The translations under genes were made by a program, and so were the position numbers. This document shows positions 28,448-37,267 of a DNA stretch of 64,000 nucleotides, piece by piece; the stretch's first letter is position 1, and each line of letters starts with the position of its first letter. The stretch comes from Candidatus Eremiobacteria bacterium (lineage in GTDB: Bacteria; Vulcanimicrobiota; Vulcanimicrobiia; Vulcanimicrobiales; Vulcanimicrobiaceae). Location: positions 448,001 through 512,000 of the forward strand of contig CAVTRC010000001.1 of assembly GCA_963737065.1 (NCBI GenBank), given 5' to 3'. A model generated the notes under the pieces. That model was given only the letters and a program-made list of their open reading frames with translations, ran no database searches and was not told the origin of the DNA.

Positions 28448-28535
28448 GTAGCACCTCCATACCGCGACGCTGCGCTAAGGATTTCGTCAGAGTTTGTTCA
28501 TGACATTTCGTCGCGCATGTCGGCAAAATAGTGGC

Positions 28536-29198
28536 ATGCGTGTGCCCTTCATGATTCTCGCGTTGAGCGCCGTACTCGCCGGCTGCGGAGGCGGCGGAAC
28601 GACGACACCGAATCCGCGTTCGACCATTACGCCGCCGTCCACCGGCACACCGGGTCCGACGCCGGCGGCGGTGGTCTATCAGCCGCTCAGCGTCGGCGAC
28701 CAATGGACCTACGCCTGTGGGCTTCGCGGCCAACCGAGCACGTTTACTATTACGCATAGCGTCACGTCTACCGTGACGGTCAATGGCCAACTCACCTACG
28801 CGTTCGCGCTGCAGATTCCGTCGTCGCCGTCGCAGATCGCGACTGAAACGATGCTGCTTGCAAACGATACGCAAGGCAATCTGATCCTCTACGGTTACCT
28901 CGGCGACAACGGCGCGGTTCAAGCGATCGCGCCGACGGTCATCGCGCCGCAGAATCCGGTCGCGGGCACAAACTATAACTACCCCGCACCGGACGGATCG
29001 ATAATAACGCGCGTGTTTGAAACGTTTACGGCGACGAACCCGACGCCGTATGGAGGCGTGTATCCGCGCGTCGCCGTGTACGACGAAAGCGGTGGAACTC
29101 ACAATTACGGTTACGCGCCCGGCGTAGGAATAGCCGAAGAAGATCACGGACCGAATCTCGAATACGATTGCCTCATCTCGGGACTCGTCTTGAAATAA
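28536..29198 (+). CDS. Hypothetical lipoprotein
   Basis: Lipobox LAGC, Pro/Thr linker, YQPLSVGDQWTY and YAPGVGI motifs. Confidence 0.8.
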   Translation: MRVPFMILALSAVLAGCGGGGTTTPNPRSTITPPSTGTPGPTPAAVVYQPLSVGDQWTYACGLRGQPSTFTITHSVTSTVTVNGQLTYAFALQIPSSPSQIATETMLLANDTQGNLILYGYLGDNGAVQAIAPTVIAPQNPVAGTNYNYPAPDGSIITRVFETFTATNPTPYGGVYPRVAVYDESGGTHNYGYAPGVGIAEEDHGPNLEYDCLISGLVLK

Positions 29199-29204
29199 GC
29201 ACGC

Positions 29205-30464
29205 ATGAAAATTCATCCGAGATTCTTGCTTGTTAGCGCACTTCTGCTTTCCGCGTGCGATAGCGGGAACACGAATGTCCCGGCGTCCACGGCAGCACCC
29301 GCGTCAACGCCCACGCCGCCCGGCGAGCGGTTCGACGAGACCATAAATCGCGCGTATATTGACAACTGGGGTGTCGAGCTCGGCGTTTACGAAAACGGTG
29401 AACCGTATTACGTTCACGGATACGGACTTCGCGATCGAGGTCTTCCCGATTCATTCTACGGGCCCGGCGTATGGAAGATTCCTCAGCCCGACGTCGTCTT
29501 GAACCTTCCTCGCGGAAGATTTGCGCCAGATGCCGGTACAATCTTCGACATCGGTTCGATCAGTAAAGAATTCACCGCAGCTGCGATTTTGTTGCTACAA
29601 CAAGACGGCAAACTTTCGGTCAACGATTCCGTTGCGCGCTATTTCCCGAGCCTTCCGGGCGCCTCGCAGCTGACCCTCGTGAACCTGCTGCAGCATTCGA
29701 GCGGCTACGTGGACTACAACAACTTCTTTGGGTACCCGGACTTCTCGCCGGCATACGAAGCGTTCATGCAAAGCGGCCAGGCGAACTACCAGCCCATCGT
29801 CGACCGTTTATCTGCATTTCCGCTGCAATTCGCGCCGGGATCACAATACTCGTACAGCAACACGAACTACCTGCTGCTCGGAATGATCGTGGCGCGCGTG
29901 AGCGGAGAGCCGCTCGCGCAGTTTTTAGAGCAGCGGATATTTCGTCCGCTCGGGATGGCGAGCACGCATCAGGGATATCCCTCGCAAGGCACGACGGATT
30001 TCGCGCTCGGGTACTACGACAACAACGGCGTTGAACAACGCACGTATCAGTGGAACCTCGCCTGGCTTGCAGGACCCGGCGGAATCACCTCCACCGTTAC
30101 CGATCTCGAGAAGTGGGACGAGGCCGCTCGTCGCCCGGGGCTGCTTACCTCGGCATCCCTTGCGCAGATGTTTGCTCCAGGACCGTACCCGCAGTCGTAC
30201 GGCACGTACGCGTTCGGCTGGATCGTTGCAACGCTGGCTGGCCATTCATACATCTGGCACGATGGCGCCATCGGCGGGTTCGTTTCCATGAACGCGACGT
30301 TTCCGAACGATCGCGTCGATATCATCGTGCTCGTGAACAATGCAGCCGCCGAAGATCCGTACGACGTGATTCCCGCGCTTTTCGACGCAGCGTCACCCGC
30401 TTCGACCAACAACGCAGAGCCTACGTTAAGATCTCTTTCAGCCGGTCCGCATCGCGTGCCCTGA
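29205..30464 (+). CDS. Serine hydrolase lipoprotein, beta-lactamase class C / D-peptidase family
   Basis: Lipobox LSAC; GSISKEF (SxxK), LLQHSSG, YSYSNTNY, WHDG. 3' end overlaps the convergent purP by 44 bp. Confidence 0.92.
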   Translation: MKIHPRFLLVSALLLSACDSGNTNVPASTAAPASTPTPPGERFDETINRAYIDNWGVELGVYENGEPYYVHGYGLRDRGLPDSFYGPGVWKIPQPDVVLNLPRGRFAPDAGTIFDIGSISKEFTAAAILLLQQDGKLSVNDSVARYFPSLPGASQLTLVNLLQHSSGYVDYNNFFGYPDFSPAYEAFMQSGQANYQPIVDRLSAFPLQFAPGSQYSYSNTNYLLLGMIVARVSGEPLAQFLEQRIFRPLGMASTHQGYPSQGTTDFALGYYDNNGVEQRTYQWNLAWLAGPGGITSTVTDLEKWDEAARRPGLLTSASLAQMFAPGPYPQSYGTYAFGWIVATLAGHSYIWHDGAIGGFVSMNATFPNDRVDIIVLVNNAAAEDPYDVIPALFDAASPASTNNAEPTLRSLSAGPHRVP

Positions 30465-31557
30465 CGAGTTCCATCGCGATGCGTTCGCCTACGGATACGT
30501 CGCGGCCCCAGCGATAGGCGGAGTACGGCGTGTATCGCGTCCCGGGTGAGCCGGGTATGCGCAGCGAGACGTCGTAGCAGACGAAATCCTTGGGCGGCCC
30601 GGCGACGATGACGCATTGCAGTGCGAATGGACCGATGACGCCGGGCAGATGTGCTTCGCGCGCGGCCTTGACGAAGCGTTCGCCCATCTCAAACGCTTTT
30701 TCCAACATCGATTCGGTCAGCGTCGCAGCGATATGGCCGGCTTCTTCCAAGCGCATCGGCACGCTTCGCAGCGCGTCAAGCACGGCGGGCGGAACGTTGC
30801 GAAAGCCTTCGAGGTTCGTTTGCCGTCGCGTATCGGTTCCCATCAACTCGAGTTCGCCGAACATCGGCGAATAGAAAAAATTTAAGTTGATCGATGGGCC
30901 GAGCAGATATTCTTCGATGACTGCTTCGCTTAAGCCGGCCGGGGTCAACATCCCCGCTTCGATCAGCCGGGTCGCGGTCGCGCGATACTCCTGCATCGAC
31001 GATGCGAGAAAGAACATGCGCTCGAAACTCACCTTCGCGTGCGGCGCCTTCACCATGACCAACCGATCGATGTCGTCCGGTGAGGCAAACTGTTTAGGAT
31101 AGCGGATATCTGCACGGTGCATCAGCGCATATTGATTCGCCGCCTCATCGCGTTCTTCAGCACGCAATAGGAAACGATTGCCGAAAAATGGTACGCGCAT
31201 ACCGCGTTCGATTTCGTCATAGCTGTGCTTCTGATGCAAGTACACTTCGAACGACCGGTTTGGAACGAACACGACGTTCGCCTCGCGCAACCGTTGCTGC
31301 ACATCATCGCGCAGTATATCGGGAAATTCATGCAATTCGATCACGTCGTCAACGCATCCGCGCGGCACCGGCGATTCTTTGCGACGAAAGTGCTCCGTAT
31401 ACGTGCGTTCACGTCGGTTTGCCGTAATAACGAGATTCCGCACGCCCTGCGCGCGCGCTCCATAGGCGACTTCGAGCGCCGAATGACTTCCGATCGAAGC
31501 GAGCGTCAAGCGCGAGCGGTCGTACGACGCGAGCGCTTCAGAGACGTAGTCGAGCAC
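30421..31557 (-). CDS. purP: PurP-like ATP-grasp protein (FAICAR synthetase family), divergent paralogue
   Basis: ASIGSHSALEV, VPNRSF, FFGNRFLLRAEER, EEYLLG..NLNFFYSP, GPFALQ, DVSLRIPGSPG, VGERIAME. Confidence 0.88.
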   Translation of the reverse strand: MLDYVSEALASYDRSRLTLASIGSHSALEVAYGARAQGVRNLVITANRRERTYTEHFRRKESPVPRGCVDDVIELHEFPDILRDDVQQRLREANVVFVPNRSFEVYLHQKHSYDEIERGMRVPFFGNRFLLRAEERDEAANQYALMHRADIRYPKQFASPDDIDRLVMVKAPHAKVSFERMFFLASSMQEYRATATRLIEAGMLTPAGLSEAVIEEYLLGPSINLNFFYSPMFGELELMGTDTRRQTNLEGFRNVPPAVLDALRSVPMRLEEAGHIAATLTESMLEKAFEMGERFVKAAREAHLPGVIGPFALQCVIVAGPPKDFVCYDVSLRIPGSPGTRYTPYSAYRWGRDVSVGERIAMELVRARDADRLKEILT

Positions 31558-31566
31558 GAGGCGGGG

Positions 31567-32559
31567 TTACTCTCCAACACGTACCTTTCCCGCCAGTTTT
31601 CGCCAGACAACCACGGTGTACACAATGACGATCGCCATGCCGACGACCGCGACGCCGAGCGCGCTTGCAAGTGCAACCGCGGACGGCGAAACGGTGAATA
31701 TCGAGAGACTATTGCGGCCGTCGGGAAACCCGCGGACGAGATTCGGGTACATCGTCGCCGCCGCAACGCCGAGCAATAGCGCGATGAAGGCCGATGACGC
31801 GATGAAGGTTGCAAGCTCGGTGCGCCGTCTCGCGAGGAATACGACCGAGACGAACGCTGCGGCGGCAAGAACCCCGAGCGCGTCGATCCACGGATTGAAG
31901 AGCGCATCGGGACGGATGACGAACGTTCCAACCGTTACGGCAATAAAGAGTACGAGCGTCATCGCCCAAAGGCGCGGCAGCGTTGCGCGCGCACGTTCGG
32001 CGGGTATGCCGTCCACGCGCAAGACGACAAATGCCGCGCCATGTAACGCCAGCGTTACGAGGGCGAAGAGGCCCACCAAGAGCGCGTACCAGTTCAGCAA
32101 GAACGCGAACGTTCCCATAAAATAGCCGTCGCGGTCGAGCGGAACGCCACGTATCAGATTGCCGAGTGCAACGCCGAAGAACAGAATCAATAGCGCGCTC
32201 GCAGCCGTGAAACAAAAGTCCCAAAACTGATGCCACAGCGGGCTCTCGTAGTGCTCGCGCAGTTCAAGCGAGACGCCCCGGCCCATGAGCAGCCACAGCA
32301 CAACCATGAACGGCAGATAAAAGCCCGAAAACGACGACGCATAGCCTTTCGGGAACAGTGCGAAGAGCAGCGCGCCCGCCGCCACGAGCCAGACCTCATT
32401 GCCGTTCCAGAAGGGCCCGATGGCCTGCATTGCGGCCAAACGTTCGCGATCGTTTTTCGCGAGAAGCGGTGTAATGGATGCAACGCCGAGATCGTATCCG
32501 TCGAGCACTACGAAACCGGCGATCATGAACCCGACGAGTAGAAACGCGACGATGCTCAC
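31567..32559 (-). CDS. cydB: Cytochrome bd ubiquinol oxidase subunit II
   Basis: LDGYDLG, IGPFWNGNEVWL, FFGVALGN motifs. Confidence 0.96.
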   Translation of the reverse strand: MSIVAFLLVGFMIAGFVVLDGYDLGVASITPLLAKNDRERLAAMQAIGPFWNGNEVWLVAAGALLFALFPKGYASSFSGFYLPFMVVLWLLMGRGVSLELREHYESPLWHQFWDFCFTAASALLILFFGVALGNLIRGVPLDRDGYFMGTFAFLLNWYALLVGLFALVTLALHGAAFVVLRVDGIPAERARATLPRLWAMTLVLFIAVTVGTFVIRPDALFNPWIDALGVLAAAAFVSVVFLARRRTELATFIASSAFIALLLGVAAATMYPNLVRGFPDGRNSLSIFTVSPSAVALASALGVAVVGMAIVIVYTVVVWRKLAGKVRVGE

Positions 32560-33905
32560 GACACCGCCTCGACCGTGCCTTCATCGAGCGAAGTCGATGC
32601 GGGACCTTGCCCGATCTCGCGCAGCACCAAATACAGATAGAGTAGACCGAGAATGAAGTACATCCCGACGAAACCGATGATCGTAAAGATCGTTTCACCG
32701 GACACGACGGTCGGCGAAACCGCGTCGTTCGTTCGCATCAGACCGTAGACGATCCAGGGCTGTCGTCCGACTTCGGTCACGACCCAGCCCGCTTCGTTCG
32801 CGACATACGGAAACGGCATCGCAAGCATCAAGATCCATAAAAGCCATCGCATGCGAAAGAGCTTGTTGCGCCACAGAAGCAACGCCGCAACGACCGCAAT
32901 TGCCGCAAAAACGCTCCCAAGGCCGACCATCACGTGATACGCGTAATATGTCAGCTCTACCGGCGGCCACAACGCGTGGGCGTACGCGCGAAGGCCCTTG
33001 ACGTTGGCCGTGAAGTTCCCATACGCGAGAAAGCTCAGCACGCCGGGCACGACGATCGGATCGATGAGTTGGCGATTTCTCACATCCGGCATGCCGATGA
33101 TGGCGAGCGGCGCACCGTCCTTCGTTTCGAACAGCCCTTCCATCGCGGCCAGTTTGATCGGCTGAAATTGCGTGACATTCTTGCTGTTTTGATCCCCGGT
33201 CGGAAACGTGGACATGACCGAGAACACGAGCGCCACGACGACGCCGACCCGAAGAAAACGCCGGCCATACTCTTGGTTGCGCTGCGATAACAGATAATAC
33301 GCGCCGATCCCGCTTACGATGAATCCACCGGTCACCAGCGCGCCCGAAATGACATGCGTGTATTGCCAAAATGCAAACGGCGACGCGAGCACGGCCCACA
33401 AATTGCCCATTTGAAATGAGCCGTCGCGCGCGACGGTGTATGCGACGGGATGCTGCATCCACGCGTCGGTGGCGACGATGAAGAATCCCGACGTCCACGA
33501 TCCGAGCCAAACGAGCACCGCAGCGACCGCCTGGAATGCGGACGGCACGGCGCGCCGCCGGTAAAATAGCGCGCCGAGAAACACCGACTCGAGAAAGAAT
33601 GCGTATATGGCTTCCATCGAAAGCGGCTGCCCGACGACGGAACCCGCGCGTGCGGCAAATGCCGCCCAATTTGTGCCGAATTGAAATTCCATCGGAATGC
33701 CGCTCACGACGCCGATCGCAAACCCGATCGTGAAGAGCTTCGTCCAAAATTCGGCGGCCGCCGCTTCAATTGGATCGCGCGTGCGATATGCACGCCATGT
33801 GAACCACGCGACGAACGGAGCGAGCCCCATCGTCGTGATCGGAAACAAATAGTGGAACATGATCGTGAAGGCAAACTGCAAGCGGTCCGCGATCACGACG
33901 TCCAT
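32556..33905 (-). CDS. cydA: Cytochrome bd ubiquinol oxidase subunit I (short Q-loop)
   Basis: RLQFAFTIMFHY, EFQFGTNW, QPIKLAAMEG, HVMVG, TEVGRQPW. Confidence 0.97.
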   Translation of the reverse strand: MDVVIADRLQFAFTIMFHYLFPITTMGLAPFVAWFTWRAYRTRDPIEAAAAEFWTKLFTIGFAIGVVSGIPMEFQFGTNWAAFAARAGSVVGQPLSMEAIYAFFLESVFLGALFYRRRAVPSAFQAVAAVLVWLGSWTSGFFIVATDAWMQHPVAYTVARDGSFQMGNLWAVLASPFAFWQYTHVISGALVTGGFIVSGIGAYYLLSQRNQEYGRRFLRVGVVVALVFSVMSTFPTGDQNSKNVTQFQPIKLAAMEGLFETKDGAPLAIIGMPDVRNRQLIDPIVVPGVLSFLAYGNFTANVKGLRAYAHALWPPVELTYYAYHVMVGLGSVFAAIAVVAALLLWRNKLFRMRWLLWILMLAMPFPYVANEAGWVVTEVGRQPWIVYGLMRTNDAVSPTVVSGETIFTIIGFVGMYFILGLLYLYLVLREIGQGPASTSLDEGTVEAVS

Positions 33906-33914
33906 GGCTCTACT

Positions 33915-35048
33915 CTACGACGACGGAATGGCCGGGGTTAAGACCTTTCGCGCTTCCGGCGAGTCCTGATATTCGATCGTCAAGAGCGAGCGCAAGCGTG
34001 CCTGCGAGCTGTTCGTCTCAGGCGTACTCATCCGTTTCAACGTTGTAATTTCAGCATACAGCAACTTCGGCATGTCGCGATCGCGCGGATAGATGCGCTG
34101 CATTCCTTCGATCGCATCCGCAATAAGGAGCGCCTGACCCGCCTCACGGTTGCCGTAGTTATAGTCCAGCATGAAGTTCACGTGCTTTAGTTCGTTTTCA
34201 ATGCCGAGCACGGAGTACCCCATTCGTCCGAAATATTCGTCGGCAGGAGCGAGCGTCGAGAGATAGACGTCGTGCGGAACGGCTTTGACGCTCGCAATAA
34301 TGAGCGGCGACGTCATATTCTTTAGGCGCTGCAGAATCGTGTCGGCGTTTGCCTTGTCGCCCGGCGCATCGGAGCTCAGCGTGCCGGCCGACGCCATCTG
34401 GACGGCCCGCACGAATTCCGGCCCGTAACTCGTCGGCAAATGGGCTAACGGAAAGTTCGCGCCGGCGGCGCGCTGGAACGCAACCGTGCGCCACGACGGA
34501 TCTCCCGTCAAAATCCACGCACGCCACGGTGCTTCTACTTGTTGGAGCGCTGCATCAACGTCGCCGGGATAGTCGTGCGCGTTTGCCGTCGCGTCATCGT
34601 CCGCGAGCCGAGCGAGCGTCGCCGGGGAATCTTCCGCATCGGCACGCTGCAAGAGATCCTGCGCATTACGAACCATTGCCGAATCGGCTGAATTCTTGAT
34701 AACCCAGTTCGCTGCTTCGCGCACGTACCACGCCGCTCCGTCGTGATTGAGCAACGGATCGTAATGCAATCCCGTGCCGACCTGTACGGCGAGCGTCGCA
34801 ATTTCGCCGTACGCGGGATCGGTCGGACGCTGCAGCGAGTACGCGCGTCCGGCATCGAGGATGGTCGAGAGGTACTGTTGCTGATCGGCGAAGTCCCAAT
34901 TGCGCTGCGCAGCCCTTTGATACGCCGCCTTCATTTGATTGTAGAGCACCTGCGGGTCAGCTTCGATCGCAGCCCGCGCCACGACGGGCGAAAGCATCAG
35001 TGTCGCGAGCGCCGCCGCGGCAATCGTTTTATAAAACGCTCGAGTCAT
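33915..35048 (-). CDS. Secreted hypothetical all-helical protein
   Basis: Signal peptide ending VARA; APADEYFGRMGYSVLGI segment; no family recognised. Confidence 0.75.
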   Translation of the reverse strand: MTRAFYKTIAAAALATLMLSPVVARAAIEADPQVLYNQMKAAYQRAAQRNWDFADQQQYLSTILDAGRAYSLQRPTDPAYGEIATLAVQVGTGLHYDPLLNHDGAAWYVREAANWVIKNSADSAMVRNAQDLLQRADAEDSPATLARLADDDATANAHDYPGDVDAALQQVEAPWRAWILTGDPSWRTVAFQRAAGANFPLAHLPTSYGPEFVRAVQMASAGTLSSDAPGDKANADTILQRLKNMTSPLIIASVKAVPHDVYLSTLAPADEYFGRMGYSVLGIENELKHVNFMLDYNYGNREAGQALLIADAIEGMQRIYPRDRDMPKLLYAEITTLKRMSTPETNSSQARLRSLLTIEYQDSPEARKVLTPAIPSS

Positions 35049-36051
35049 CCAACACTAAACGAAGATTGTTCGTCAAAAGTGCATTCTTGATCTCGCGCGC
35101 GATGCGCCGGCCGGTCGACATCGGCTCGGAATAATTCAGGTAAGAGTATGGTGATCCGTCGATGAAGAGGTTCGTTCCGGCGACGATGCGCGCCGAGATT
35201 TCCATAACGTAGAACTGCATGTCCGGAGTGATAATCGTTTCGATGCAAAACGCGCCGAAGAGCCCTTTCGGACCCGCAATATCCTTGCTGACACGTACCA
35301 CGTTTTCACCCATACGTAACGCCTCCGCGAGCATCGACTCGCGCAGGCTCACCGGCTGGTTGCCGACGACGACGTACGAAGGGCTGACGTCCATGCCCTC
35401 TTGCGCGGCAGCCGGAATGCGTCCCAGCGAATCAACGTTTGTTTCGTAACGCCGATCCATCGACATGATTTCGAGGCGGTCTTGCAACGGTGAATAGAAA
35501 TAGTGGATGTAGACCGGAACGCCGATGATGTACTCCTGAATCGTGTACGCCTTCTGCAGTTCCTTTGAACGCTTCTCGAAATCCCGGGCGTCACGAATAA
35601 ACATGTAACCCTTTCCACCGCCGGCGCCATAGAGCTTGACGATGACGGGCCGATCGATCTCCGCGCCGCTTTTGAATTGCCGCGGCATCAAGATGCCGGC
35701 CGTGATAAGCCACTCCCGTTGCAGTTCGCGGCTCGCTTCCCAGTCGAGCACGGCTTTGTTTCCGAAGTACGGGATCGTCATCTTCTTATGCTCTTCGAGC
35801 GACAGATACGCAACGAACGAGCCGTGCGGAACGATGATGACCTTGCGCTTGTCCAGCTCACCCATCAACGATGGAAATTCGGAATACGCATCGACGCCGA
35901 TTACTTCGTCGATGAACGCAAACGAGCGGTAGAGCTTCTCCGTATCGCGATTCGCAACGGCAAGCGTCTTGAATCCTTCATCGTGCGCGCCTTTGAGGAT
36001 CTGGAGCGCGGAATGCGAGCCGAGCGTTGCAATCGTATAGGGACGGTTCAT
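35029..36051 (-). CDS. purP: FAICAR synthetase (archaeal-type PurP)
   Basis: IATLGSHSALQILKGA.DEGF, VPHGSFVAY, GGGKGY, QEYIIG, DRRYETNVD, VVGNQPVSLRES, EISARIVAGTN, MSTGRRIAREIK. Confidence 0.92.
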   Translation of the reverse strand: MNRPYTIATLGSHSALQILKGAHDEGFKTLAVANRDTEKLYRSFAFIDEVIGVDAYSEFPSLMGELDKRKVIIVPHGSFVAYLSLEEHKKMTIPYFGNKAVLDWEASRELQREWLITAGILMPRQFKSGAEIDRPVIVKLYGAGGGKGYMFIRDARDFEKRSKELQKAYTIQEYIIGVPVYIHYFYSPLQDRLEIMSMDRRYETNVDSLGRIPAAAQEGMDVSPSYVVVGNQPVSLRESMLAEALRMGENVVRVSKDIAGPKGLFGAFCIETIITPDMQFYVMEISARIVAGTNLFIDGSPYSYLNYSEPMSTGRRIAREIKNALLTNNLRLVLDDSSVL

Positions 36052-36500
36052 TCTTTTCCTTCGTAGCGAGCCATTTCAATGGCGGGGTTGCACAGCAGCC
36101 GTTCTGCCGCCATGCGCACCACCGACGCATCGACCGCCGCACCGCGTCGATCCAGCAAACGCCATGCGACGAAACGGCGCGGCTGCGAAATGCCGGCAAT
36201 GCGCTTCCCGCCAAGATGTTCGCGCGCCTCATCGTGCGCACCGTGCTCGGCGATCCATACTTCACCAGGCCGCGGCCGGTCGACTCCGAGATCGGCTAAA
36301 CGATGCGTATTCGGGTTGAAGATCGTCTCATTCGATTCGATCCGCGCAATGAAATCGTCGCGTGCGCCTTCGTCTTCGACCACCCAAATTTCACTGCGTT
36401 CGACGTGCGCGACGTCGACGCTCAGACGCTGCAGCGTCGTCAGCGTCGTGTATGCCGCGTTGTCCGGAATCTTCAGGGAGATCGCGATCGTACGCTTCAA
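36048..36500 (-). CDS. purS: Tandem (double-length) PurS-like protein
   Basis: TTG start overlaps the purQ stop (TTGA). About 150 aa, with two halves ending IFNPNTH and LLCNPAIE (PurS LLxNPxIE motif); adjacent to purQ-purL. Confidence 0.7.
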   Translation of the reverse strand: MKRTIAISLKIPDNAAYTTLTTLQRLSVDVAHVERSEIWVVEDEGARDDFIARIESNETIFNPNTHRLADLGVDRPRPGEVWIAEHGAHDEAREHLGGKRIAGISQPRRFVAWRLLDRRGAAVDASVVRMAAERLLCNPAIEMARYEGKE

Positions 36501-37267
36501 CGGCTTTGCACTCCGATGACAAAGCTGCGAAACAGGACCGCTCCACCCGAGGGTTCGAGGATCGAATGGCTGCCGCGGCGCTCGGGATGATTGAACGTCC
36601 ACCCGTCGCGTTCCGGGTGCGGCATGATCGCGAGCACGTTGCCGCGCGCGTTGACGAGCGCGGCCGCATTGAGCGCCGATTGATTCGGCGTTGCGGCCGG
36701 ATCGACGCGGCCGTCGGAATGCGCGTAGACGAACGCGATATGCCCACTGTCTTGCAATTGCCGTAAATGCTCGTCATCCGCCGCGAGGCGCCCCTCGCCG
36801 TGCGCCGCCCATGCGGGAATCAATTCGTTCGGACCGAGCGCTGCGGTGATAGGCGAACGCGCGGGATCGAGCGACAGCTTCACCCACGTGTGCTCGCAAA
36901 TAAAGTGCGGCATGGGCCGGTTCTTCGTGAATGCCGCCGTCGGCCTGCGCACTGGACCCGTACCGGGCACGAGGCCGGACTCGAGCAGGATCTGCGCGCC
37001 GTTGCAAACGCCGAGCACGAGCTTTCCTTCGCGCGCGCCGTCGATGACGTAATCCATCATCTCGTCGTGCGCGGCGATCGCGCCCGCGCGAATCCGGTCT
37101 TCGTACGCGAACCCGCCCGGTAATACGTATGCCTCAAACTTCGGCAACATCGACGCGCGGCTCCAATGGACGAGGTGCGCGTCCCCTCCGCAGTCGCGCA
37201 GCAATCGCAGCGTTTCCTCTTCCGAATTCGTACCGGGGAAAACCAGAACGGCGATGCGCTTGCTCAC
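36497..37267 (-). CDS. purQ: FGAM synthase glutaminase subunit
   Basis: VFPGTNSE, PGGFAYED, GVCNGAQIL, HGEG, MPHPER. Confidence 0.95.
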   Translation of the reverse strand: MSKRIAVLVFPGTNSEEETLRLLRDCGGDAHLVHWSRASMLPKFEAYVLPGGFAYEDRIRAGAIAAHDEMMDYVIDGAREGKLVLGVCNGAQILLESGLVPGTGPVRRPTAAFTKNRPMPHFICEHTWVKLSLDPARSPITAALGPNELIPAWAAHGEGRLAADDEHLRQLQDSGHIAFVYAHSDGRVDPAATPNQSALNAAALVNARGNVLAIMPHPERDGWTFNHPERRGSHSILEPSGGAVLFRSFVIGVQSR

